DNA of 55,848 bases, counting the filler, from Jimgerdemannia flammicorona (Eukaryota): the NCBI GenBank assembly GCA_003990765.1. It is 2 parts of 2 records of this genome, joined end to end, with 100 filler letters (N's around TTAATTAATTAA, not from the genome) between each part and the next. Parts side by side here need not be neighbours in the genome. Positions count along the whole stretch, not along the records: positions 1 to 27,897 come from RBNJ01000594.1; positions 27,998 to 55,848 come from RBNJ01000595.1. One strand, given 5' to 3'. Positions 25,601 through 38,032 of this stretch are shown piece by piece. The translations under genes and the position numbers were made by a program. Each line of letters starts with the position of its first letter. Position 1 is the first letter of the stretch. The notes under the pieces were generated by a model. That model was given only the letters and a program-made list of their open reading frames with translations. It made no database searches and was not told the DNA's origin.

Positions 25601-27897
25601 TGCTGATGAGGTGGTTATTGAAGATATATTAGGGGAATGGAGGCTGCCACAAGTGGCTGGACTGGATGACTTGGCCTTGCCGGTGCAAGGTGAGGAGGTC
25701 CAGAGTGTCCTTGTAGCAACTAAAACTGGAATAGCACTAGGAGAGGATAGACTACCATGGGACTTCTGGAAGAAGATGGTTAGGGTCCCTGGTATTTTGG
25801 GTGAAATGACTGCTCTCTGTGATCATGTTCTTCAGAGTGGTGAGTGGGTTGGAGAGTAGGACCTCAGGCTGGTGGCTTTATTATACAAAGACAAGGGGAG
25901 GAGAGAAGACTGGAAGAACTGGCAACTGATCATGCTTTTAGATATGGACAGGAAGATGGTGACTAAGGTGGTTATTGCAAGGCTGCAGAAGGTTGCCCAA
26001 CAGGTGCTGGGGGAGGAGTAGTGGGGCTTTGTTGGAGGCAGACTTATAAGAGATGGGACTGCATAGGTGCATGGTATCATTGAAGGGGTCCAGGCTTGTG
26101 GCCTGGATGGAAGGTTGGTCTTCTTGGACCAGGAGAAGGCCTATGACCAGGTCCAGTGGGTTTGGCTGGGCAAGGTGTTGGATCATATTGATGTACCTTC
26201 AGGATTTTGGGCTTCTATGTTGAATCTGCTAGAGGGCAGTTGGGCAGCACTGATGTGTAATAGTTACTATGGTCTGGCATTTACCTTGAAAAGAGGGGTT
26301 CCTCAGGGGGACCCCCTGTTCCCTATTCTTTATGCCCTCTCATTGGAGCTATTGATGGATAGAATTCACCAGAAGGTGGTAGGGCTCTCTATCTATAGCA
26401 TAGTGTGGAAGGTGGGAGCCTTTGTGGATGATATGGTAGTTGGCCTTGGGTCTGTGGTAGATGTTGAGGCACTTAGAAAGATGGTGGAATGGTATGAGGA
26501 TCACTCTGGGGCAAATCAACTGGCATAAGTGTGAGACTATAGTGCTTGGGAATAGACTGATAAGTGGGGATATCATTGGAACAATTATCCCTACTGGTGA
26601 GGTAGTATGATATCTGGGCATCTTTCTCTCTATGTATGGCTCTGTCTTGTTATGTGTATGGTGAGAGAGCAGGGTGGCTGTTTGGGGGGAGGCCCTTCAA
26701 GGTTGGGGAGGCCGCCATATCTCTCTAGCAGGGCAGGTATCAATTCTGAATATATACTAGTTCCCTAAGCTGTGGTATATAGCCTACTACCTAGACTTCC
26801 CAGCTTGGGTGGTGAAGAGGCTGATGAAGGTGGCTAAGGATTGGATTTGGGCAGGAAGGAGGTCCCAGATCAGTTGGAATACTCTTGCAATACTGGTGGT
26901 CAGGGGAGGTCTTGGCCTTGTGAATTTCCCTAAGAGATTGTACTGCTTGCGAGTCTGGTGATTGAAGAGAGCAGCTGAACTGCAAGGAGGGGGTTGGGTG
27001 CCTCTGCTGTAGAAGGTGTGGGAGATGAGAACCTCTCCCTAAGGGTCCTCAGGAGATCTACTCTCTTTGGTGGGGCTCAATGGAATTCAGAGGCTGCAGT
27101 TTAAGGGCTTTTGATGAGGAGTGGTCAATGGAGTACACAGGATTGGTCTGTGCTGGCAGGGCAATGAGGGGGAGGTATTGTGGGAACCTAGTATGTGGCA
27201 GTAGGATAGGCTGCTACTGGGGGGTACTCTACTTGCTGTCTTTGATATTGGGGACAGAGTGGAGTATCAGCAGGGTCTTGGCCAGGATCTTTGGCCAAGT
27301 GGTTGGCAGGCAGTTGGGATTGGTGAGGAGTGGGACTGGGCAGGTATCTGGTCTTGGAGTGCTGAGGTATGGTGGTGGCTTCCCCCCAAGTTCTGGGTGG
27401 TGTGGTGGTAAATGCTATAGAGGAATGTTATGCTGAATTTTCACACTGGGCATCTGGTAGATGGTGGCTGTTTTGATTGTGAGGAGTGTTACAATGTAGG
27501 GCAAGCTAGGGGTTTGGTGCAGATGCTGGAACATTGGCTGGAAGAGTGTGAGGTTTTGGGGGACTTTTGGATTGAAATAGGGAATAGACTGGGTGTGGAG
27601 TGCAGGCCAGTAGGTGAGGGGGATCGCTGAGAGGACTTGAGATCTCAGCTAGTGGGGGGGGTGGGTGATAGTTGGCTCACTGTCAGGTGGGTGTTAGCAG
27701 TTTAGGTGAGATTGGTGGGACATTGGCTATTTGTGTTTGAGGAAGGGCAGTAGATGAGACTACAGGAGAAGGTTTTAAGGTGGGAGGAGCTGTTGGGGGA
27801 TCTGTTGACTGGATGGTGGATGGGTTGGGGTCCTTCAGGGGGGTGATGGTGAGGTTTGGTGGTGAGAATATGTAAACAGAGTGGTGGGAGGGGGGGG
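22673..27897 (+). mobile_element. LINE-D: 5'-incomplete L1/Tx1-like LINE abutting the LINE-C tail; 3' end lost in the gap
   Basis: ORF1 homologous to LINE-A; ORF2 from ~24312 (MNSITNIFSLNVN, LLQD, LGGDFN, SDH); RT LDQEKAYD..RGVPQGDPL..AFVDD; CEEC..EHWLEEC. Confidence 0.9.
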
Positions 27898-27997
27898 NNN
27901 NNNNNNNNNNNNNNNNNNNNNNNNNNNNNNNNNNNNNNNNNTTAATTAATTAANNNNNNNNNNNNNNNNNNNNNNNNNNNNNNNNNNNNNNNNNNNN
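27898..27997. other. Assembly gap with artificial six-frame stop linker
   Basis: N runs flanking TTAATTAATTAA at 27942-27953. Confidence 0.95.
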
Positions 27998-28440
27998 GCC
28001 ATTCTTCTTCAGACACTCCACAAGAACAGGAGAAGTGAGTTAGAAGAGATACTCCTGAACCAGAAGCCGGACCATCTAGGACAACCCCCAGCTCTACCCT
28101 GCCAGACCTTGAAGAAGATGAGCACATGAGTATAGAATCTTCAGCTGATGAAATGCCCATCAGAAATGAGAGACTACACCCCAAGGGACCAAGACTCCGA
28201 AGAAGCAGCAAGCCCCATGCAGCAGTCTCACTTTGAGAACATATCCGCCTACAGAATGCTGGTCTTACAGTTGAGCAAGTCTTCAAGAATGCACCAGAGG
28301 TCAGGCGCAAATTCCTGAAAGAAGCCAAGGAAGATACCAAGAGACTTCCAGTCTAAGGACCACACACTCAAGAACCTAGTACTATCCACACAGTCCATGA
28401 GAGCCAGCGACATGAACATCAATCTACAAGACTCGCCAAT

Positions 28441-28800
28441 GGAAAAGTGCATGGTGAAAATGCCAGAATTCTCATTGATACTGGAGCAGCAGTATGCATT
28501 ATCACCCAAAGGATGTTGGAGCAAATTGGATGGGGAATAGATGAAGGAACCAAAGCAAGAGTTATCATGGCCAACAGATCAGCTTCCACACCCCTTGGAC
28601 TTGTCAGAGACATCCCCATTCAAGTTGGAAAGGTCTGCCTCAATGTACCCAAAGCCGTCGTGACCCCCGCAACCTCCTATGACCTGATCCTGAGAACTGA
28701 CTGGTTAAGCCAAGTTGGAGCCAATGTAGATATCAAGAAACAATTCCTGGTCTCAACTCCTGGTCTTCTCCATTCATGGACAGAAGCACAAGGTGCCCAT
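28441..28800 (+). pseudogene. Retropepsin aspartic protease domain
   Basis: ILIDTGAAVCII..VIMAN..YDLILRTDWL; a 13-bp tandem duplication at 28741-28766 shifts the frame at its end. Confidence 0.9.
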
Positions 28801-29911
28801 TGACTTGAAAGGATTATCCAAAAAGACGAATCAAGCCTCAGAAACAGAATGGCAAGGATATGGCGACACCCCCACTACTACTGAGGATGAAAGCGAGGCC
28901 AATTTCCTATAAGAACTAGGAAGTGATTTCGATGTCCCAAGGGACCAAGAAAGTGAACAAGAAGACTCTTTCATTGGAGTTATTGGTGTTGAAGGCCTGG
29001 AAGAAAGCATTGATAGAGCCATTAATGCAAGGGCAGCACTTGAGTTTGCAGGACCTTCTGCTCAACCACCACCACCACTGGTAGAAAATCAGATCATGTA
29101 AGCCTTTTGTCGAGGCATATGTGAACACTTCATCAGCTTCCACTCACCAAGAGATTGCAGCAATTGCCGAATCCTGGATCTCAAGAAGGTTCCAATACCA
29201 GAAATTGATGACAAGGACGAATTGAAGCAAGTACCATCTCACAGCCAAATACAACCTCAAACCCCGAAGACCTTCAAGAAGACCTATAAGAAAGGACGGA
29301 AGATCCTCGTCTGCTAAACATTCGAGTCCCTTACCATCAAAGGAGAAAGCAACAGCTCTTACACTATCACCTGGGCCCTCCAGATCACACAGCCCACCTA
29401 TGACAAGTATCAGAAGAGATTCCCTACCAGTAGAGAGATCAAACAGTGAAATGAAGACTTTGTCAAGAAGGGACATTGTGATTGTGGAAAGACCTTTACC
29501 TGCCACTGGTGTGAACATCGAGATGTTCACCTCAGCGAGGATGTCTACAAGAGCCACGTCAAGAGAAAGGATCCCACCCTGCAAGAACCTCGAATTCGCT
29601 GGGCCTGCCAGAAGTGCAAAGAAATCAACCATGAAGGAGATTGCAAGTTCAAGAGCAAGACCTCTATCTGGGACCTACCATTGGAAGTTCTTGCCATCAT
29701 TCGCTGGTACTGCCACCCTCATCAAGGAAAAGAAGGTACTAATCTTGCCTTCATCCTTATGGAAGCTCTGGACTCTCTAGGAAAGACTGGATTCAATTAC
29801 ACAAGAAACTTAAAGACAGGAGCTCACTGGCCTTTCTTCAAACTGGAGTGCATGGACTTCTCACCTATAATGGCAACAGCTGAAGTGCTATTTCTCAAAG
29901 CTCAACCAATT

Positions 29912-30316
29912 ATCCAGGTCAAGCTGCCTTCACCCTGGGCACAGCCACCTCTTGCACAAACAGAAGGATCAGTTGGTTATGACCTCTGCCTCCCCTACCA
30001 AGCAAGAATCCGACCCAGAAGTACCAGGACTTTTGACCTATAGATCGCACTCGCTATACCACCTGGGCATTATGGACAATTGGCCTCAAGATCCTCATTG
30101 GCAACCAAAGGAGTCACAGTAGAAGGAGGAGTCATTGATCAGGACTACTGAGGTCTCTTGAAGGCCATTATCTGCAATTCTAGTAGAACCAGCTGATTCT
30201 TCAGTCCTATGGAAGCCATCTGCCAAATCCTGTTTATCAAGACATCACAGCCGACCATCCAAGAGATAGACCAACTGGAAGATACCAACAGAGGACAAGG
30301 AGGCTTTGGGAGCACC
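29912..30316 (+). pseudogene. dut: Trimeric dUTPase domain within the Gypsy polyprotein
   Basis: All five motifs in one frame: GSVGYDL, ASRSSLA, GGVIDQDY*G, AICQI, RGQGGFGST. Confidence 0.92.
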
Positions 30317-30879
30317 AATAGAAATCTATGGACACCATCTATTGAGGTTCATTTGGCAACAGTTGCTTAATTCCGACAAATGAGACCCCACATCTGCCGC
30401 CCAATCTGAGTAAGAGAAGACATCCTCCTGCAGCCCTACCAGCAAAAAGACCTAGATGTGCACCTACCAGTAGAAGCAAACAACTTGATATTTGCACCAT
30501 CACTGGAGCTTCAAAAGGAATACCACATCCTCCTGGCTGAAGAATGAATTCATGACCAGATGTCACCGATCCACATCCCTATCAGAAACTTGGGCTTCGA
30601 AGTGATAACTATCCCCAAGGGAACAACACTGGGATATTTTGAACTACTGATAGACACCTACATGGAAGAAGTCTTCGAATTCTTGGGAAATGGCAAGCCC
30701 TCTCCAGTGAGACTGATGGTACCAGGGAGGAAGACTCAGCAAATTCAGCAATCAAAGCCATCGACATCGAGACAACTCTAACCAAGGACCAGCAACAACA
30801 GATACAGGAGTTGATAGAAGAGTACAAAGATATATTTACCACCACATATGATAACTTCCCACCATATCAATACAGAGAA

Positions 30880-32220
30880 CACCCTATACATACTGGAGAT
30901 GCAAGACCAATCTGACAACGACCCTACCGAACACCACATTATCTGATTGAATTCGAACAACAACACATAGATGAAATGCTACGAAATGGAGTCATCAGAC
31001 CATCATCAAGCCCCTGGGCTTCACCAGCAATCATAGTACCAAAGAAAGGAGGATGGAGATTAGTCGTGGATTTCAGAAAACTCAACAAAGTTACCACAGA
31101 AGATGCCTACCCACTGCCAAGAATTGATGACCTCATCAATGCCCTCAGAAAAGCCAAGTACATGACCACTACTGACCAGTTCCAAGGATTCCAAGTAATA
31201 TCCATTGCCAAAGAAGATATCTGCAAGATGGCCTTCATCACCAGACAAGGACAGTACAAATACCTATGAATGCCCTTTGGACTCTGCAATGCACCTGCCT
31301 CATTCTAATGAATGATAAACTATGTCTACCAGGACCTCATTGGAAGAAATGTACTAGTGTACATAGATGATATAATCATCTACTCCGAGACATTCAAGCA
31401 GCATTTACAAGACCTCCGCGAAGTATTCAATACCATTCGAAATTCAGGACTCAGACTCAATGCAAAGTAGTGCTTCTTCGGAAAACATCAAGTCGAATAT
31501 CTAGGATATGTTGTCTCAGCTCAAGGAATACATGCTGACCCCCGCAAGGTGGAGAAAGTCAAGAACTACCCAACCCCAACCTCAGCAAAGGAGACCCTAT
31601 CTTTCCTTATGCTGGCATTCTACTATTGACGATTCATCCCAAGGTTTTCAGATAAGGCAGCACCTCTCCGAGATATCTCCAAGAAGGACCAACCATTCTA
31701 CTGGAAAGAAGGACAATAAAAGTCATTCGACCTACTCAAGAAGGCCCTTACCGAAGCCCCTGTCCTGGTGCGACCAGACTTTGGCAAACCATTCATCCTG
31801 GCAACTAATGCCTCAGCCTTAGGACTTGGATCAATTCTGTCTCAGCAAGATGACCAGAAGAGGGAGCATGTTATCGAATATGCTAGCAAGGCCACAAACG
31901 AAACACAAGCGAACTATGGAGCCACTAAGTTGGAATGCCTAGCAGTAGTTTGGGCTGTGGACCACTTCTGACACTATCTCTTGGGAAAGAGATTCGCCCT
32001 CATCACTGACCATCAAGCTCTACAATGGTTGTTCAATAAGCCGGAGCCCTCAGGAATCTTCACTAGATGGATCATGTCTCTGCAAGAATATCAGTTCACT
32101 ATTGTCTACAAGAAAGATGCTAAGAATTCCAACATCAATACCCTGTCAAGAATCCCACGAAACCAACAAGAAGGGAAGGAGCCCCTACAAGAGAAGGCTA
32201 CTTCCTGCTCACCTAAATGA
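30880..32220 (+). pseudogene. pol: Reverse transcriptase and RNase H
   Basis: SSSPWASP..VDFRKLN..YPLPRIDD..MPFGLCNAP..VYIDD (~31360); FILATNAS..YASK..LECLAVVWAV..TDHQAL; one frame ending at TGA 32218-32220. Confidence 0.95.
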
Positions 32221-33437
32221 ACCAAGAATTGCGCCTCGCCCTCACCTGGAGTCTGCACCATAGAAGCTTCAAGAAAGAAATCCAACCAGCCCACAAGTTG
32301 TTTATCCAAAGGAATTTCAAGAAATTCCAAGAAAGTGATGGCAAACTTTGGAGAATAGAAGGAGAGCAGTACACCCGAGTTCCAAGAGAAGAAGAAATAT
32401 CGAAGATCCTGACAACAAATCATGACCAAAATGCACACCGAGGAATTGGCGCCACAATTGCAACAATCAAGAAACGATACTGGTGGCCCAAGATGAGAAA
32501 ACAAATTTCAATGCACATTCAACAATGTGATACCTGCCAAAGATACCAACAAAAGCCTACTGATAGAGCACCATTAATACCAATCGCAGCACCAGCTGGA
32601 GCCTTTCAAAGACTGGGAATAGACATTATTGGACCCCTACCAGTAACCAGCCGAGGAAGATGCTATATCCTCACTATCGAAGACCATCTGACAAAATGGC
32701 CTGAAGCCTTTGCCATTGAGACGGCCGATGCTCATACAATTATTGGGATCCTGTATGATGAAGTTTTCAGCCGCCATAGTGTGCCCAAGGAAATCATTAC
32801 AGACCAAGGCTGAGAATTCATCAACCAAGCCATGAAGACCTTTGCAAGCAACTTTAAGATCAAGCTACGACCAACAACAGCCTACCACCCTCAGGCAAAT
32901 GGACTCACTGAATGAATGAATCAGACCATCAAGCGAGGTCTTAGTAGAACCAGAGATCAACTAAACTGGGATATCTATCTATCGGCAATTCTGTTCAGCA
33001 TCCGTACCTCTAAGGCAACCACTACCAAACAGACTCCCTTCTATTTGGTGTATGGCCGAGAAGCACAAGATCCTACTGAACCAATCCAGCTAGATCTGTC
33101 AAAACGAGTCACAGAGGCGATCACCTGGTTACATGACATATGCCAGCAAGTACGAGGATTTATCACCAAGGCACAAGAACGACAAAAGAGGTACTACGAC
33201 CACAAAGCTGACCTTGAACCCATGCTCATTGGACAAAAGATTCGGGTGTACCATACCATCATAGAAGGAAATTGGAGTACCAAGCTTGAACCAAAATGGG
33301 AAGGCCCCTATCTCATACACCAAGTATTCTCGAACCACACTTATCAACTCAAGACCTTGGATGGAGTTATAGTCAAGACCAAGATACACCGCAACCACTT
33401 AAGACTCTACTACTCAAGAGAAGCAAAACGCATTTGA
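32217..33437 (+). pseudogene. Integrase as a separate ORF (H2C2 zinc domain, rve core, GPY-type C-terminus)
   Basis: HDQNAH..YWWP..CDTCQ; GIDIIGPLP; ITDQG; AYHPQANGLTE; KWEGPY; ATG overlaps the RNase H stop (ATGA). Confidence 0.9.
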
Positions 33438-33651
33438 ACAATCCCATTCACTCTGCCTGTATTGTCTCTGCTGGAGATATGACAGACGTTTCACTCAGAA
33501 CTCAAGAAAGCCAACAACATTGGAACCAGACTCAAGCCCATCCACATGACAGACATTGTTACTAAGAAATTGCCTCGGATTACAAGAAATACTATTTCTG
33601 ATGGGTTCGAATCCCCAGCCGCGACTATGGGAGCCCTCGCCCTAGACAAGG

Positions 33652-34924
33652 ATGGCCAGTCCTCACAAATGCGCCGACATTCTGCTCGTCCCTGGAGTTA
33701 AGATCACTCAACTCTGTGTAACCTTCACCGCTGAGGACAGCTCTAATTTCGCAAGGGGCAGATGTGACATACACAATTGACAACAGAGTACTGGTGACTG
33801 CTAAGATCAGATGATATAATGGCGTGACAATCAAATAGACAGCCTGACCCATTAGGTGATCATCCCAAAAGGAGACAAGATAATCCAAGCCAAAATGAAG
33901 ATCACGTTATTTAAGGAACCATACTCCGCCTCAGGGACCAGTACCAAAGAACCAAGTACCTACCACATAATGCCTCCCATTCGCCGATCCAACCAGACCT
34001 CCCGCCGCTCTATCCCTTTGCCTGGCCCAAAGACCCTGATCTTTGAAGCTATCAAGAAGGCCATCTGGCACCCAGATACTTCCGAACACTTGAACTTCTA
34101 CACCGAGGACCTTGGACACTTCATCAACTACCGGTATATAATGACCCAGTAGCTCAAAGACACTACCGAACGAATGACCCTCTGGCATGACTACGAAATC
34201 GGACACCACCTTTGCAATGAGACTCAAGAAGATGACTGGGAAGGGCTCATTACCGAATTGATAACCACTAGCTGGCTAATCAAGAGAGCCCTCCTTGTCT
34301 GCCAAATCTTCTGCCATATTTCCTGGACCATAGCACACTTGCAAGGAGTAACAGCTGGCAGCCTCTCCTGCCTTTCAACTGGAGATGCTGACTGGATAGA
34401 ATCTGAAGTAGCCAACTCTATTGGCAGCAACCGCGTCGCCATAGGAAGCCAACAAACTGAACCTTCTCAGCCAGGTTTCCACATCACCCCACTTTGAGAC
34501 AACCATCAAGGTCACCTATTGAGTCTTATGGAGATATTTGAAGGACCACCCATTACCATAGAAGCACCCGTTGAAGCTATCCCAACCACCCACCGCTCTG
34601 TTAGCCACAATTCACATCTCATCATTTGGGAACCGAATCAAGAAGAAGCCCAAGAACTCCAAGTTCCTGCCCCTGAAGAAACCCCCTCTGACACTGAAAC
34701 TGACGAGTTTTCAGAAGAAGAAGAGGAGCAACAGAGAGTCTACCAGTCCTCTGTCCGCATTCAAGCTGTTCAAGGATTGGAGAATGTTGTTGAAGATGAC
34801 TAGCCACTTTTCTACCCCCTCACCTCTTGGCCGGCACTTCCCCCTTTTGAGGAGAGGTATGATGAAGAAGAAATCTTAACCCAGTAAGATTTGCCTGCTG
34901 TGGATGAAAGGTACTATTTCCTCT
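33652..34924 (+). pseudogene. Accessory ORF(s) of unknown function at the env position
   Basis: Track ORFs 33856, 34174 and 34519 share one frame, extendable back to ATG 33652, separated only by single stops; acidic C-terminal part. Confidence 0.6.
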
Positions 34925-35753
34925 AGAAGTACCACCCGTCAGCTGTGAGAATTGTACAGCCTTCATATCAGTAAGTCAGTAAGTCTGAATCCAGCATTGC
35001 TATCCAGTGCCACCGTTTTCAGCATTTTGTCAGCAAGTCCGAATCCGGCGTTGCTACCCAGTACAACCATTTCCAGTGTTGCTATCCAGTGCCACCGTTT
35101 TCAGCGTTTTGTCAGCAAGTCCGAATCCAGCATTGCTATCCCCTACAACCCAATCCATAGTAAACAATAGCCTGCACCTCGCATCGTACAAGCCAATAGC
35201 ATAGCGAATTTTTGTCACAATGTAGTATACCTTAGTCACATCCATAGCTAGTAAACTTGTATAAATAACCCATATTCTTAGAGTGAATAAACCTCAGTCA
35301 GTTTGTGTTTAAAAGTAAAAAGGATTACAAAGAAACCACTGCCTCCAAGAGACTGGATAAATTCTGAGAACAAGATAACAACCTAGAGCAACGGATCACT
35401 CGGAAGTTTGAGTTAAAGAATTTTCTCTTGCCATGGAAAGAAAACATTATCTGACCACCACCATTCGAGACCACCATTCGAGATTCAAGACCCAGAAACC
35501 CAAGTTACCCAGCCAAAGGACACAAGACCGCAGCCAAAGACCCAAATGACTGCCAGGAACCTTTCAAGTTAACCAAGACGGACAATCGAACAATCGAACT
35601 CCCGCTATCAATTATCATACGAATTGGATAAACCAATCACATGACCAATGACCCATAACCGTCGCGAATGCACTCAGACATATACCATGCACTCCACCAA
35701 GTGGCACCTTGAGTCGTGCCAGAAGCTACTAGGGATACAAACTGAACACCACA
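34858..35753 (+). repeat. 3' LTR of the dUTPase Gypsy element, with U3 internal repeats (~34977-35140)
   Basis: Preceded by PPT GAGGAGAGG; termini TATGATG (decayed TG)...CACCACA; TATAAATA ~35259 and AATAAA ~35286; repeated ttgctatccagtgccaccgttttcagc..gtccgaatcc units. Confidence 0.7.
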
Positions 35754-37672
35754 CTATATATACTGTGCAAAATTATTTCTGAGATATATTTGATAATCTA
35801 TTGATAGATCCACTTCTTATCATATATTTAAGACTCATCTTACTGATATATTCTAAGCATTGATGACATATATTAGATATATTTGATATAGTGATTATAT
35901 ATACAGAAACTTTTATACTATTTAATATCTCATTGATCATATAAAGATTATTATATTTCAAGACTATCAATAGCTCATTATCATTTAAATTATATACTGT
36001 TATGTCTTTTGAATATATATATATCTCTTTATTGTTATAGAATATCATCTTGCTTATTGAAAAGAGTTTTTTACCAATTTCTGATATGTATAATATATCA
36101 AGGAAGGTACCAGTGGGTTCAGTGGGTTCTACAATATTGCTATAGAAATATATCCTTATATTTTCCTTTTCTTGAGTATAGATGATATTGTTATCTCTCA
36201 GTTTGATAGATATAGGGTACTCAAAAGACTTATATATAGAGAACTATTTTCTATATAGTATTATATATTGTTTGGCTCTAGAATATATGAGCTAGATATT
36301 ATTATCATTAACTATATTTATAATATATTCATTACTAGTAGTACTAATATTATGACTACTTTTTATTAGCTTAAAAGTATTTCACTGACTGAAATTTATA
36401 GATGATGAGTTAGTAGATTTGATGGTAGAACTACTCATAGATATAGATCTCATACTGACAGAACTGATAGTAGAAATATAGTCATCTATATATATTGCTT
36501 ACATGAAGAATATATCACTATTGTCACTTTCAGTAGTGTTGGCATTATCACACTTCCCTTTGCCTCAATAGTTCTTTCCACTGCCTCTATATTGTCAATA
36601 CTGGCTTCCATATTATTGCTTATTTTTACTACTCTTCTTGTCATTTTTCTAGCAATAACAATAGTGCTTACTGTATCTATATTTATGTACTATAGTATTT
36701 ATATTAGCATCATACTTAGTTAATTGATAACTATTATATTGATTTTAGATTTAAATTTATTAGTCTTATTTTCTATACTTTTGACTTCATTTGGTACTAT
36801 GTCTACAGAACCCATAGTGCTACTACCATTTTCTTAATACATTTTCTCATTTATAAAACTCATTATTATATATGTATAGTCTATAAGTCTATCACTTTTA
36901 TATATAGTATAATAATAACATTATATATATATATCCAGCAGACCTCTTATAAGTACTATAACCTTATCATTATTGCTAATATAATTCATAGATATATTGA
37001 GAGAATTTACTTAATTCATCAGATTATTAATATAACTGGCATATTAGCAGATACTCTTCTTAGACTTTATTTATAGATTAAATAGCAGATATTTCAGATA
37101 GAATTGATTTGATATAGATACTTATATATAATAATTATTAGAGTCTACTATATCTTATAAGCTATATATCACAGTATATATTATAAGCTTTATTTGAGAA
37201 TTTGATAATGTAAATATAATCTCATATAATGTTTAGTAATTTTTTGTAGTATTATAATCTTGAATTAATACTTATAGTTTTGTATACTCTACTAAGCTAT
37301 ATTTATTAAGGAGATTTACATATCATAGAACATCCAAATAGTATAATTTTTCCCATCAAAGATCAGAATAGACCTCTTGGCTATATTTATAATTATAACT
37401 AAGACTGTGTTTCCTATATTTATTGTAATTATATCTATAGGAATACTTATATTTAGTATATCTATATTACTAGGCTAATTGTCACTTATTATTTCTAGTA
37501 TAATATATATTTAAGAAGTATTTTTTTTTTTTTTTTTACTATAGTCACTTAGTGCTAATAGAGCTTATAACCTTTATTATAAAATAGAGGTTAATTTTAT
37601 TAAAGTTATATAGATCATATATTTTATATATTACTAATAAATGATATAATATATCAAGTTGCCATTCTAACA
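35754..37672 (-). mobile_element. Copia-A: heavily decayed Ty1/Copia 5' half (LTR ~37575-37672, PBS, gag-protease), interrupted by the Gypsy element
   Basis: PBS GGTTATAAGCTC (37572-37561); FLDILYISEIGKKLFSI resembles Copia-C VNVLYAPDIGKNLFSI; LTR starts TGTTAGAATGGCAAC. Confidence 0.8.
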
Positions 37673-37862
37673 AGATTAGTTATATAATTCTATAGTTATT
37701 GAAGATGAGAAAAAAAATTTAAACAACCTATTATTATGTATTTTTTTATAAATATTAGTAACTATATATTATTATATTAAATTTTTAGAAATCTTACAAA
37801 GAGTGCCAAATAGTTTTATATATTTCTATTATAAAGATACTGGAAAAAGGTACTTTTTATAT

Positions 37863-38032
37863 TCTTTTTTCTAGAAAAATTTACTAATTTATACTAATTG
37901 ACTAAAGTTACTTAATTTTTTTTTTTCTCTAAAAAATTATTAATTTATATTAATTAATTAAAGTTACTTACTTTATTTTATTTTTTATTATTTTTTTACT
38001 AAAAAATTACTATTACATACTGATTGACTGAA
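37863..38032 (+). repeat. Three diverged ~60-bp AT-rich tandem units
   Basis: tttttt-ct-a(g)aaaaatt-tactaatttatactaattgactaaagttactta recurs at ~37863, ~37921 and ~37991. Confidence 0.55.

Larger units (their letters stand above)
27998..35753 (+). mobile_element. Ty3/Gypsy LTR retrotransposon with dUTPase and accessory ORFs (5' part lost in the gap)
   Basis: PR-RT-RH-IN order, PPT and 3' LTR; broken mainly by TGA/TAA/TAG nonsense codons plus two frameshifts. Confidence 0.93.

Noticed and set aside
27942..27953. Perfect palindrome TTAATTAATTAA
   Set aside because: Embedded in N runs; a six-frame-stop scaffolding linker, not biological
33603..33615. GGGTTCGAATCCC, tRNA T-arm/B-box-like
   Set aside because: No D-arm, anticodon arm or acceptor stem could be folded; it lies inside a probable accessory ORF (WVRIP)
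34977..35140. Repeat-spacer-like units resembling a CRISPR array
   Set aside because: Eukaryotic context, no cas genes, and the 'spacers' are themselves repeated; ordinary LTR U3 duplications
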